Shown here: in pieces, positions 50,069 through 63,237 of the stretch | How positions within the stretch are numbered: position 1 is the stretch's first letter | Layout: the number at the start of each line of letters is the position of its first letter | Assembly: GCA_030141605.1 (NCBI GenBank) | Contig: JAQGDQ010000768.1 | Coordinates: 1 to 64,000 of the forward strand | From: Tubiluchus corallicola | Lineage: Eukaryota; Animalia; Priapulida | Length of the DNA: 64,000 nucleotides | Reading direction: 5' to 3' | Position numbers and translations under genes: made by a program | Notes under the pieces: model-generated | The model's database searches: none | Told to the model about the DNA's origin: nothing | Seen by the model: the letters and a program-made list of their open reading frames with translations, nothing else

Positions 50069-50105
50069 GTGAGTCTATTATATTTAAAAACATATTAAAT
50101 TATAT

Positions 50106-50566
50106 TGTATTCTATTGTATTGTATTGTATTGTCTTGTCTTGTCTTGTCTTGTCTTGTCTTGTCTTGTCTTGTCTTGTCGTGTCGTGTCGTGTCGTGTCT
50201 TGTCGTGTCGTGTCGTGTCGTGTCGTGTCGTGTCGTGTCGTGTCGTGTCGTGTCGTGTCGTGTCGTGTCGTGTCGTGTCGTGTCGTGTCTTGTCTTGTCT
50301 TGTCTTGTCTTGTCTTGTCTTGTCTTGTCTTGTCTTGTCTTGTCTTGTCTTGTCTTGTCTTGTCTTGTCTTGTCTTGTCTTGTCTTGTCTTGTCTTGTCT
50401 TGTCTTGTCTTGTCTTGTCTTGTCTTGTCTTGTCTTGTCTTGTCTTGTCTTGTCTTGTCTTGTCTTGTCTTGTCTTGTCTTGTCTTGTCTTGTCTTGTCT
50501 TGTCTTGTCTTGTCTTGTCTTGTCTTGTCTTGTCTTGTCTTGTCTTGTCTTGTATTGTATTGTATT
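50106..50566. repeat. (TGTCT)n/(TGTCG)n pentanucleotide microsatellite
   Basis: Direct reading. Confidence 0.98.
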
Positions 50567-50745
50567 ATATTATAATTTTTTGTTTTTCTAGAACAATTTT
50601 AAATCGCCCGAGTGAATGTATATGTCATTCTGCTTATTCACTTTGTGAATCTCCCAGTTTCCAAATTTGGCTACCAGCTACACATTTGTAGAGTAATTGA
50701 TGAATGGCCTTTTTTGGACATATTATGCAAAAAATTACATCAGCG

Positions 50746-51061
50746 TCATCATCATATGTCCGTTACGTCTATTGTGGACACTGGGCAGGCAGAATTCTAA
50801 AATAAAACTAGTCTGCTCTCAAGACAGATAAACTCAGCAGTAATCCAACAAAAAACTGGACACTGCTATGCCTGTGGCTTGTCAGCACCACTTCCGCTGC
50901 ATCATCATCATCATCATACGCCCGTCGCGTCTGTTGTAGACATTGGCAGGCAGAATTCTAAAATAAAAGAAATCTGCCTTCAGACAGGTAAACACAGCAG
51001 TCATCCAGCAAAAAAACTTGACACTGCTACGCCAGTGGCTTGTCAACACCACTTCCGCTGC
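50746..51061. repeat. Two tandem diverged copies of a ~155-bp dispersed repeat (opposite-strand copy at ~25795-25942)
   Basis: catcatcatcatat..cagaattct..aaaaaact.gacact.cta.gcc..tggcttgtca.cac.acttccg is shared. Confidence 0.75.
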
Positions 51062-51728
51062 ACACTCTACCCGTATTCCTGCAACATGGGAAATCTTTTA
51101 GCCGTACTTGTTTGTTTGGTTATTAGACAAACTCTGTCACATGATTTTACAACTTACATTATCTATAATGACGTACAGAGTCTATAAGCTTTCCTAGAAA
51201 CCCATCTCTATTTGTTTACTTTGGACAGCAAAGATATTTTGAAACTAATCCGTAAGAATGACATACGCCATCAGACCATCAGATAAGTTTTAAGTGTTAA
51301 TGCTCTTTATGCTTATACGTATCTTACAGTACTACAGAACCACTTCTTGCAAATATATAAGAGTCGTCGGCCCATTATATCATTATTTTGATTTTGATAA
51401 ATGCCTTTCTTGGCATGTGCATCATGCTTTTAACCCCATACGTGCCATCGTGTGATTTTTTATTATTTTTAAATCCAAACAAGCCCGCTTACGTAGATAG
51501 ATCCAACTTTTTCGGTTCGATAAATATTTTTAGTCCTGTTTCTCAAGTTTATTTTGCTATATTATCATTGCAACAATTTTAGACAATATATAACATCGAA
51601 TTCATCTTATGATAAGTAATGCGTTGAATTATTTTATTACAGAATTAGATCTTGATGTTGTGTTTTATAGTTTATATTGCACCAGTCTTTAATTTATATA
51701 CATCATCTGTGCATATCTTTATATAGTA

Positions 51729-52762
51729 CTTGTAAGACAGTACATGTTTTGTTTGTGTGTTACTGCAGACATTTGTAAGACTACATGCTTTGTTTGTGTG
51801 TTACTGCAGACACTTGTAAGACTACATGTTTTGTTTGTGTGTTACTGCAGACATTTGTAAGAGTACATGTTTTGTTTGTGTGTTACTGCAGACATTTGTA
51901 AGACTACATGTTTTGTTTGTGTGTTACTGCAGACATTTGTAAGACTACATGCTTTGTTTGTGTGTTACTGCAGACATTTATAAGACTACACGTTTTGTTT
52001 GTGTGTTACTGCAGACACTTGTAAGACTACATGTTTTGTTTGTGTGTTACTGCAGACATTTGTAAGACTGTACATGTTTTGTTTGTGTGTTACTGCAGAC
52101 ATTTGTAAGACTACATGTTTTGTTTGTGTGTTACTGCAGACACTTGTAAGACTACATGTTTTGTTTGTGTGTTACTGCAGACATTTGTAAGACTACACGT
52201 TTTGTTTGTGTGTTACTGCAGACACTTGTAAGACTACACGTTTTGTTTGTGTGTTACTACAGACATTTGTAAGACTACACGTTTTGTTTGTGTGTTACTG
52301 CAGACACTTGTAAGACTACATGTTTTGTTTGTGTGTTACTGCAGACATTTGTAAGACTGTACATGTTTTGTTTGTGTGTTACTGCAGACATTTGTAAGAC
52401 TACATGTTTTGTTTGTGTGTTACTGCAGACACTTGTAAGACTACATGTTTTGTTTGTGTGTTACTGCAGACACTTGTAAGACTACATGTTTTGTTTGTGT
52501 GTTACTGCAGACATTTGTAAGACTACATGTTTTGTTTGTGTGTTACTGCAGACATTTGTAAGACTACATGTTTTGTTTGTGTGTTACTGCAGACACTTGT
52601 AAGACTACATGTTTTGTTTGTGTGTTACTGCAGACATTTGTAAGACTACATGTTTTGTTTGTGTGTTACTGCAGACATTTGTAAGACTACATGTTTTGTT
52701 TGTGTGTTACTGCAGACATTTGTAAGACTACATGTTTTGTTTATGTGTTACTGCAGACATTT
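51729..52762. repeat. ~41-bp intronic minisatellite x~25
   Basis: gtaagactacatgttttgtttgtgtgttactgcagacattt units. Confidence 0.97.
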
Positions 52763-52856
52763 GTTTTTCTGTGTGTAATTCCTGCTTTAGGACTAAAAGT
52801 TTAATCACTGGAATGTGTGTTTTTCTTTTATTTGTAACAAATAAACTGATTTTATA

Positions 52857-53204
52857 CAGTCGACCCTCGTTAAACCGGACCCCGTTAGCCCGGATATCGG
52901 ATAAGACGGACGTCATCCGTGGTAAAGGAAACTGTCCGATTTCCGTCCGAGCCGGAGCACTAAACACAACACGGCCTACCAACTGTACAATAATTTCTTT
53001 ATCCTCACAGGTTAACTATTTTAAAGTAATATAAAGGATAGTATATAGTGCACAGTATATAGTGCAATGTATATAGGCCTTATTAAGGTGATTATTCCTG
53101 TATAATATAGACCATATATAGGCATATCGGATAAATCGGACAATCGGCTAAACCGGACCACCACCACCACCCCCCAATTAGTCCGGTTTAACGAGGGTTG
53201 ACTG
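52857..53204. mobile_element. pogo/Tigger-like MITE
   Basis: TA|cagtcgaccctcgttaaaccggac ... gtccggtttaacgagggttgactg|TA. Confidence 0.9.
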
Positions 53205-53282
53205 TACTATTTTTATGTGTAGAAAAATTGAAGTGTTTATGTTACGTAACGCGTTACTAAATTTTGTTTTGCAATTTTTTAG

Positions 53283-53374
53283 CAAGTTGGCCAGATTGAT
53301 GCAGATTTGAAAACCAAAGCGCAAGCTTACAACAATCTAAAGGGCAGCCTGCAATCTCTTGAAAAGAGATCCAC
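53283..53374 (+). CDS. ATP6V1C: V-ATPase subunit C, coding exon 5
   Basis: QVGQIDADLKTKAQAYNNLKGSLQSLEKRST; ttttttag acceptor, gtgagt donor. Confidence 0.95.
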
Positions 53375-53533
53375 GTGAGTTTAACAGTTTCTCTAATCTA
53401 GACTGTAAACACAGGCCATTTTCGAAACACAGAATAATTAAATACCTGAAAAAGGCATAAGAAGTAGTTTGTGTGAAACTGTTTTTTTATACAGGCCAAT
53501 TATTCACATAAACTTATTACGCTAAACAATATA

Positions 53534-54123
53534 CAGTCCACCTCAGGTATAAGGTACTCGCCAACACGCCTTTTATAAGGGACCACCAACACCGGTCCCG
53601 ATTTTTCGTAACGTTTTTCCTATGTAAAAATCTTTGTATATAAGGTACTCGGATGTAAGGGTCTTTAGGTTGTAAGGGACCACCAGCACCGGTCCCGATT
53701 TTTCGTAACGTTTTTCCTATGTAAAAATCTTCGTATATAAGGTACTCGGATGTAAGGGACTTTCGGTTGTGAGGGACACTATCTTCAGGTCCCGCGTGAT
53801 AGAAGCCAAGTAAATTACGTCGCATATAAGGGACACTATGATCAAAGCGAAATTGATCGATTTTTAACCTCAATTTTTCGCAAACTCGGCCTTCGAACAG
53901 CTCAGTTTCCGCAGTCACATACATCTCGCATCACTGAAGGAGCTTCCTACATACCGTTTGCACTGAATGTGTAGCAACAATCCATAAAAATATGTGTAAA
54001 AGTGCAGAAAAGTACAGGTTTAGATACACCCTCGGTCTGACTCAACTTCGGCTATAAGGGACGTCGGATATAAGGGACAGTTTTTTCTAGTCCCGAGGTG
54101 TCCCTTATATCCGAGGCTAACTG
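53534..54123. mobile_element. pogo/Tigger-like MITE with an internal ~115-bp duplication
   Basis: TA|cagtccacctcaggtataagg ... ccttatatccgaggctaactg|TA; repeated taagggac motifs. Confidence 0.8.
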
Positions 54124-54202
54124 TATTTATAAATTTAATGTGCTGTCAATCAATACATAAAACAGTTAATGGGACGAAACTGATGCAGAATTTTTGTTGC
54201 AG

Positions 54203-54301
54203 AGGTAGCTTGCTAACGAGGAATTTGGGCGACCTTGTGGAAAAGGAGGATTTTGTGCTGGGTTCCGAATACCTGACAACATTGTTAGTAGTAGTTCCAA
54301 G
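54203..54301 (+). CDS. ATP6V1C: V-ATPase subunit C, coding exon 6
   Basis: [32 protein letters not shown]; ttgcag acceptor, gtagga donor. Confidence 0.95.
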
Positions 54302-55760
54302 GTAGGAATAATTTTGTTTTGTATATTTTACCTGTTGATGGTTGTTAAAGTATTAATGATCTGCACTCTTAGTGTCTCTGAGAGGCATTTATAACAACTT
54401 CTAAAGTCTCAGTTGAATTTTCATATAAACCACTGATCTTTATTTCTGCAACATTTAAAACAAAAAATAGAAAGGCAAAGGTGACTGACATTGGCTAGTT
54501 TAGATAGATTGTTACATAGTTTAGTCCATTCATAAATATCAGTGAATAAATCAAAATAAAAATTAATAGAAGTAAACTTACATCGTTGCGGCATATATCT
54601 AAATGAAAAATTTCGCTAGCTTGTACAAGACACATGTTCACTCATACAACAGAACAGCATAATGAAAAATGTAACTAGGTCAGAGCCCACACTTTAAACT
54701 TTCTAGCTAGGTGGAGCCACCTTGGCTACAAAATTAAAATTTATTAAGTCAGGTTCACACTGGCCTTAACATGCACTCTTGATTTACCATTTAATCTTGA
54801 AGAAATATGTATATTCTTATTCTTATTTCACTTTACTAATTTCGTATAAATGTCTTTTTATTTCTTTTTCATCATTTCGTCACTTTCACTCACCATCATA
54901 GTCAATAGTCATTTATTTCACATTACACATTTACAATAGTTTCATGTACAATATCTAGTGAAAGGGCTTACAATGAACGTAATACAAATAAGAAATACTG
55001 CACAGGAAAAGCCTCAAACACTGTTCACTTATACACAAAGGTAAATGTGTTGCGGGCAATCGAAAAACAGGGCTTGTTAGATTGTCCCACACAGTGAAAG
55101 AAAAAAAAGTAATGGAGTTAATCTGAAAATTTAAAGTGAATCGTATGATAAAAACAGTGCTTAAAATGGAATGATGTCATGAATGAAGCTCATATATGAG
55201 ATGATATAAAAGATAGAAAGACTCTTATTTGTTAATAGCATGTAAAATTAAGATAACTTGATTAAGATAACACCACTGTTTTGCCACTACTGTGAGGATG
55301 GATACTGATAGTTGCCGTAATCTCTTGTTTATTTATTTTTCAATACGTTACAAACAACACGATAAAAAAACAAACACCAAGGAACTTTGGTGATCCCATA
55401 TCCTGTACGGTATATAGCAATCCAGTTCCCGGCCAACGGGCTAACAGCGAAACGTCCGTCGCCGAATCAGATTTGTTTTTCTAGTAGATTGCCCCACACA
55501 GTGAAAGAAAAAAGTAATGGAAATAATCTGAAAATTCAAATTCTCATCCTCACTTGCGTGTTCATATCCTTTCCTTTTATTTTTCATTCATTGGCCTATT
55601 GCTTGAAATTTCACAGCCAGGACATTTTTACAAACTTGGCTTCTTTAATACCCTGCAGCACAAATGATTTAAGTAATACCTGATCATACTAATTAATGTA
55701 AGAAATAAAACTCACATAACAATTGCTTTACAACAGACAGGTAATGTTGCATCAGAAGAC

Positions 55761-56883
55761 TGGAAGGCATGGCTTCATACGCTGATGCTCTTTCCTATGG
55801 AAGGCATGGCTTCATACGCTGATCCTATTTCCTATGGAAGGCATGGCTTCATACGCTGGTGCTATTTCCTATGGAAGGCATGGCTTCATACACTGATCCT
55901 ATTTCCTATGGAAGGCATGGCTTCATACGCTGATGCTACTTCCTATGGAAGGCATGGCTTCATACGCTGATGCTATTTCCTATGGAAGGCATGGCTTCAT
56001 ACGCTGATGCTATTTCCTATGGAAGGCATGGCTTCATACGCTGATGCTATTTCCTATGGAAGGCATGGCTTCATACGCTGATGCTATTTCCTATGGAAGG
56101 CATGGCTTCATACGCTGATGCTATTTCCTATGGAAGGCATGGCTTCATACGCTGATGCTATTTCCTATGGAAGGCATGGCTTCATACGCTGATGCTATTT
56201 CCTATGGAAGGCATGGCTTCATACGCTGATTCTATTTCCTATGGAAGGCATGGCTTCATACGCTGATGCTATTTCCTATGGAAGGCATGGCTTCATACGC
56301 TGATGCTCTTTCCTATGGAAGGCATGGCTTCATACGCTGATACTATTTCCTATGGAAGCCATGGCTTCATACGCTGATGCTATTTCCTATGGAAGGCATG
56401 GCTTCATACGCTGATGCTCTTTCCTATGGAAGGCATGGCTTCATACGCTGATACTATTTCCTATGGAAGGCATGGCTTCATACGCTGATGCTATTTCCTA
56501 TGGAAGGCATGGCTTCATACGCTGATACTATTTCCTATGGAAGGCATGCTTCATACGCTGATACTATTTCCTATGGAAGCCATGGCTTCATACGCTGATG
56601 CTATTTCCTATGGAAGGCATGGCTTCATACGCTGATGCTCTTTCCTATGGAAGGCATGGCTTCATACGCTGATACTATTTCCTATGGAAGGCATGGCTTC
56701 ATACGCTGATGCTATTTCCTATGGAAGGCATGGCTTCATACGCTGATGCTCTTTCCTATGGAAGGCATGGCTTCATACGCTGATACTATTTCCTATGGAA
56801 GGCATGGCTTCATACGCTGATGCTACTTCCTATGGAAGGCATGGCTTCATACGCTGATGCTACTTCCTATGGAAGGCATGGCT
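55761..56883. repeat. ~38-39-bp minisatellite x~29
   Basis: tggaaggcatggcttcatacgctgatgctatttccta-containing units. Confidence 0.97.
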
Positions 56884-57268
56884 ACACTTCACGACGATTC
56901 ACTTCTTAGCATCATTACTTACTGCATTAAGTTTAATATTTACAAATTTTGATGGTGATGAACAGAGGCTGTCATCTGACTAATTCCAATTAATATTCAG
57001 TTAAATTTCTGACTATGGTCCCTTTTTATGGTCCCTTTTTATGGCATGCTCTTATAGTTGGACTTTCCACTGAAACTTAGCAGACCTTTGAGGTTACATA
57101 ACTATTTATTTATACCAATTTAAAATTTGAATGTAAAATAACATGTAATACCTTTTCATACTAATAATACAAATCATACCTAATCGTTTTTTCAAAATTC
57201 GTTTCTTATTATGTATCTTACTGTTTGCTAAGCATTAAATAATTGAAAACTTTTTGTTTCTGTTAATG

Positions 57269-57977
57269 CAGTGGTTCCCAACCGGGGGTACGGGTACCCC
57301 CTGGGGGTACGCAACAGCAATGCCAGGGGTACGCAGAAAGTGTGTCAGATGGACACATTTTTTTCTTTCTGTAGCCGGTGAAAAGGGTAAAATACACCAA
57401 GTTGCAGCATCGCGATATTCTTTCTACAGGTTACGCAATATTTCACAAACAATATCATTCCTGCGCAGTGCGCTAGAAAATACTTTTACCCGCCCACGAA
57501 AAGCTTATATTTTGTCGCTTTGTTTGTGCTGTATTTGGCTTTCGAGGTGTTGGTTCCATTTGTGACAACATACAAATGTGAGCTAGGCTTCAGTGCAATG
57601 CTACATTTGAAGACGAAGGCAAGAAACCGTTTGGATTTGAGGAGCGACATGCGAGTCGCAATATCAACAATTAAACCTGATATAAAAAAACTTGTTGATA
57701 ATCATCAAGAACAGCGTGCGCATTATGACTGCTGTGAAGATCGCGTTTCCTTCTATTGATGTTTTCATATTCGAGAAAGTTGTTCAAATTGCGTATTTCT
57801 TAATAATCAGTGATAAAATTTGTGTTTTCAAAAAAAGTTAAAATGTCGATAATATTAATCGTTGTTTTCTGGAAACTGGTTTTTCAAACGATTTGTTGAA
57901 AAACATCAGGTGGGGGTACGCTGAAGATCGCCACATTTAGAAGGGGTACTTGGCAAGGAAATGGTTGGGAACCACTG
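57269..57977 (+). mobile_element. Non-autonomous hAT (Charlie/Buster-like) element with transposase C-terminal remnant
   Basis: TIR cagtggttcccaacc; exact TSD tgttaatg; VLVPFVTTYKCELGFSAMLHLKTKARNRLD dimerisation-domain motif at ~57535-57725. Confidence 0.92.
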
Positions 57978-58415
57978 TGTTAATGTATTAATTTTGTATT
58001 TGTGTAGATGTGGAGTAAACAATCTTGAATCTTGACTCTAAAGCACAAGAAAATCCCTTGCTTGCATAAAACTAAAGAAAACATCATCTACATACTGCCT
58101 TATTGCGCATAGAATTTCTATCAGAAAAATGCTGTATAAAACTTGAAGATTTAAACTGCCGCTGTTAGTGTTAGAGCAGCCATTTTGTTTGAAACAAGTT
58201 TAGGTAACAATGCGGAAAGTATGGAAAATAATCAGAGAATTCATAGTGCACTAAACAAAAGTTTAAATTACTGTGTTTTGTTAATCAAATTAAAAAAACT
58301 TTGGTGAGTCACTGATGCACACTGGGAAGGTGATTCAGTAGCACCTCACCAAGTGGCACAAAAATTTTAATTTGTTTCTCTTTTCTAGTTGTATGAGTCT
58401 TTCAAACAGGTTAAC

Positions 58416-58761
<346 letters not shown>

Positions 58762-59001
58762 GCTAAGTAATATAACTTTATATGGAAAGTTCTTTGGGAC
58801 ATATTTTAGAATTGCTTTAATATACACGTTGCATATATTTGTAAATTCTCTGTTCTGTCAATTTCCATTTTTCAAGGCTTGAGTTTATTTGTTGGTAAGT
58901 CTGTTAGTCAGTAACTGACAGGCACCAAAACCTGCTGTCATGCCTGAAAATTTATGGCATTACTAAGTAAATGTTTTTATTCTTTGCAACGTTTGTTTCA
59001 G

Positions 59002-59070
59002 TGCATTAAAAGGAGATTGGCTTGCAAAATACGAGACTCTTGCAGACATGGTTGTACCAAGATCGTCGAA
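59002..59070 (+). CDS. ATP6V1C: V-ATPase subunit C, coding exon 7 (gene continues beyond window)
   Basis: ALKGDWLAKYETLADMVVPRSS; tttcag acceptor, gtaagt donor. Confidence 0.95.
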
Positions 59071-59659
59071 GTAAGTGCGCTTGTACACATTTTTGTAGTT
59101 TATAGAGTGCGCACCAGATGGCACCGGGGGTTGTCAAAGTTTCGTCTTTTTTCATTTTGTTCGTTTTTTACCTTAGTTATTTATCGGTTATTTACATTGT
59201 AAATTCTTAAGAAGAACAGCAGTTCCTTAGACGGACGGCCGTTGATATTGACCTGGGTTCCGGTCGTGCCATAAACACGCTGTGTTGAGTTAATCCCGCC
59301 ACTGAATGCAAGATTACGGTTAGCAAATTACAGAAGTGTTTGAAAAAGTATTGTCGAAAGCTACGCAACTGTTCGTGTGATTGGCTGTAATTCTTGCCCA
59401 CTTTTACAGTACAAGGTATTACTTCATAAATTCTGGATTAGACGCCTTAAATGTACCCCTACTTTTCAAATGTATCATCAACACTTTTTCATAGTTTGAT
59501 CATTTTGCTTCGATAATACACCCTTCCAACCACTAAGTAAATTGCTTGTGGTATGTTACGACGCCGCGTCAATGAAACAAAGTGTTCGTGGTGTGTTACG
59601 TCTTTGCACCATCGAAATAAACTATTTGTGGTGTGTTACGTCTTTGCACCATCAAAATA

Positions 59660-60493
59660 AACTATTTGTGGTGTGTTACATCTTTGCACCATCGAAATAA
59701 ACTATTTGTGGTGTGTTGCATCTTTGCACCATCAAAATAAACTATTTGTGGTGTGTTACAAAACTCTGAGCATTCAAAGCTTGCATCTTTCACATGATAG
59801 GATCAGTAACGATAGTTTCGAACAATGATTCTTTTTCAAAATATTATTTATTTTCAAAAACACTAGACTAAGTTTTCCAGTATACACAAAACTAATTTAT
59901 AGTTTTTTATATAAGTAAACTGTGCCCTTGCTATTTTGTTTTCTTCCTCCTATGTTTTTTCTTTTAATTGCACTTGGCTTCTTGATAAGTTCTACTGTCT
60001 TTACTTTGTACTTACAAGTTTTTAGTACTGCTGCTGTTTATTTTTGTATAGCAGTGACGCAAATAGTGCAATTACAAGTTTCACTGTTGTGCCTGATTAA
60101 CTTGCTGGCCATTGAGAAATGTCACTTTTTATACAATATTCGTTAATTTTGTCACAAAGAGTATTTTCAGGTAAAAATAGCCAACATATCTATTAAGACG
60201 AGTTGTTCAGCTTTGTAATGGTCAAAATTTTTATGTCAACATTCTCTTTTTAGGTTTTGTGCATTTTGAATAAATTTATTAAATGTTTCAATCTGTTTTG
60301 TGCAGTAAATGAAGCATTTTTCACAGCATATAGGCATATTTTTCTCAAATAGATAAATTATGTGAATACTTGAACTAGAACAGCTGACATGTTCAAATAG
60401 CTAAAGAGAAATATCTTATGTAAAGGAAAGAACAAGTCACTAAGTATGTTGGGTTTATTTTTTACTGTTATCATTTAAACTGTTTGTGGTGTG
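59660..60493. repeat. Left arm of a long inverted repeat (40-bp tandem units extend left to ~59546)
   Basis: Reverse complement of 63166-64000; an identical 74-aa ORF appears on both strands. Confidence 0.97.
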
Positions 60494-60586
60494 GGTATGG
60501 TGTGGTGCATTGTGGTGTGATGAGATGGAGTGGTGTGGGTTGTGTGTTGATTTGCGCACAAAATTCTTTTTGTGGGGTTTGGCTAG

Positions 60587-61378
60587 TCTATATATTAATA
60601 TTCTTGGTATATTTATTTATATATAAGATTCGAGGCTACAGCCCAGACAACGGCACCATTTGCGGCGATCTATATATCAAACGAAAGGTCTCGATCTAGT
60701 GTCGTCTCATTGATGGTTTATTTTTCGAATCGGGCCCACCGCGAGGAACGGGGGGCGAAAAACCTCCAAAAATGGCCATTTTTCGGCCGTTTTTTGCAAA
60801 AGTTATACGCCTGAGATGTAGAGAACGGGAATGGGCCATGGGTGGTGCTGGGTATGGATAGATAGCCCGTTCAGCGATGGGTGTCATAGGCCTATTTACA
60901 ATTCGCGAGAGGGCCACGGCGCCCCGCAACGGGCGTTTTTCCGGACCCAACTCGCGATTTTTTCGAAATTCTGATTAAACAGCATGCGGAAAAAACGTTC
61001 TAGCGGCGCCTGGTGGGACTCTCGGAAGGAGATATATAGCTCTTTACAAAGAGAAAGAACGGGGCTACACGATGATGTGGGCTATATTTTAGGGCAGGTC
61101 CACCGAGAGGAGTACCGACGAGTTAATTGGATGTTCTATTTTCGACAATTTTCACTTAGAAAACTGCTGACGCAAGGCCATTGTAGTGACGTCATCCATT
61201 GTACTCTGTCTATAATCTTATAGCTTTAATTCAGCAAAAAGCTGCTACAGGCAACGTAAACAAACAGTAAGCAGGATGTTACGGGCTTTGTGTTATAAAT
61301 GAGTACTAGGTAGAATGTTCGCGTATTATTGATTACACGTGTATTTATACGCAAAATCTTTTGCGGGGCCTTTGCTAG
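60587..61378 (+). mobile_element. Non-autonomous Helitron
   Basis: Starts TCtatatatt; hairpin cgcaaaa-tc-ttttgcg at 61350-61365, then CTAG at 61375-61378 followed by T. Confidence 0.7.
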
Positions 61379-62889
61379 TTATCAATTATTAGCTTATTAT
61401 TATTTACTATAGTGCGACTTTTCATTGAATATTGGCGAATAAAAAATAGTCGTGGACGTAAAGAATTTGTTGTTGTCTTTTTGTTATTTTGAAAATTTGC
61501 GATTATAAGCGTCAGCGCAATGATTCTCGTTAGAGTTTAGTTGAATATGGCAGTCTGTGTATATGCGTATATCTTTACGTGACGGTGGAAACCTGGCGGT
61601 TAAATACAATATGAGCGAATGGCTTGAAACATACGTTGCACAGAGTCGGAATTAGTATGTAACGGCCGAGGCAGGTACTGGCCTTTGCTGCGTTTCTTAA
61701 CCAGTTTTTTTGTTAATGTCCGTTGTTAGTAAACAGAAGTCTGGTTGTCGAAGCTGCCAAAGTTGCCACACCAAGGTATTAGTAACTAACTAACTATTAA
61801 CTCGAATTGATTTGAGGAAAAATATCAGAGACTGACAACTATTCGCCTGTTGAATACAAGACCACACAAAGCTGTGCGCGTTTTAAAAATTGGATATTCG
61901 ATGCTCGCGGCGGTTTCAACACAATTTCACAAATAGTGCCTTGCCTCGCCTTGTCCGCCTTACTTTAGAATCTTGTTTAGCAAAGCGACACTAAACCTTT
62001 TTGACTGAAGTCCATTTTTCAGTCAAGACAGTGGGGCCCTCCCGAGGCCCCCGTATTGATCCACGGGCCATAGGTATATAGCCCGAGCACTTGTACACGA
62101 AACTGTTATTATGTACATGAAACTATTCCGTGTTTTATACAGATTATAAAAATCACTATGTTATAATCGTCACAGGGGCCCTTCGAAGGGAATGCGGCCC
62201 CCTGATGAGGGGCCTGGTTGCTAGCAGTGCCCAGACATCTAAAGCCAGTCCATTACTACTATAAACATTGACCTTGCTGCACTTTGTATCGATTCTAATG
62301 GCAACACCGTCATCCAAAGGCGAATAGCTAAATATAGGTCAAGGTTGTGAAAATGGCAAAAAAGAGCAACTTTGGCTAAAAATTCTGGACACTTGGGAGA
62401 TCGCTGGCCAAAATTTTATTTCATGCATTTGTAGGACTAGTCAAGCTGCAAATAAAAATATATTGATTAGTCCCCCAATACCCGCCCCAGTGGAGTTACG
62501 GGGATTTCAAAATGGCGTCTAAATTCAGCAGCAGCAGACACGTATCTTTTGCAATCTGATGACACCAACTGAAAAGGAGGTTCAATTTGGCAACGATAAT
62601 GGTACGGTAGGGTAAGACCCCTACTATATATATCACCAATTAATTAGTGCTGGATCGCTTATTTACTGTCTGTAATAACGTGAGAAATAATGGGCAATTT
62701 TTTACGCCAAAATGGCCAAAATCCGAAAAAAATCAAAATGGCGGCTTTTCTCAGAAACGGCTCATTTCTGAAATCTAATATTTTGGCTGTGAGGTACATC
62801 TGAGGGGACCATCAAACCCTGTGAATATGAACAAAATCGGTGATTTGTCACCTTCCACTATTTTCCTGATTTTCTCACGGAATGACTCT

Positions 62890-63237
62890 TAAGTAATAAC
62901 AGTAAAATAAACCCAACATGCTAAGTGACTTGTTCTTTTCTTTAGCACACCACAAACAGTTTAAGTGACAACAGTAAAAAATAAACCCAACATACTGAGT
63001 GACCTGGTCTTTCCTTTAGCACACCACAAACAGTTTAAGTGATAACAGTAAAAAATAAACCCAACATACTGAGAGACTAGTACTTTCCTTTAGCACACCA
63101 CAAACAGTTTAAGTGATAACAGTAAAATAAACCCAACATACTGAGAGACTCGTTAATTCCTTTAGCACACCACAAACAGTTTAAATGATAACAGTAAAAA
63201 ATAAACCCAACATACTTAGTGACTTGTTCTTTCCTTT
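62890..63237. repeat. ~74-bp tandem repeat x~4.5 at the inner end of the right arm
   Basis: ctttagcacaccacaaacagttta units. Confidence 0.9.

Noticed and set aside
59922-60146. Duplicated 74-aa hydrophobic ORF (copy at 63513-63737)
   Set aside because: Starts at GTG, AT-rich, no recognisable domain; the identity simply reflects the inverted repeat.
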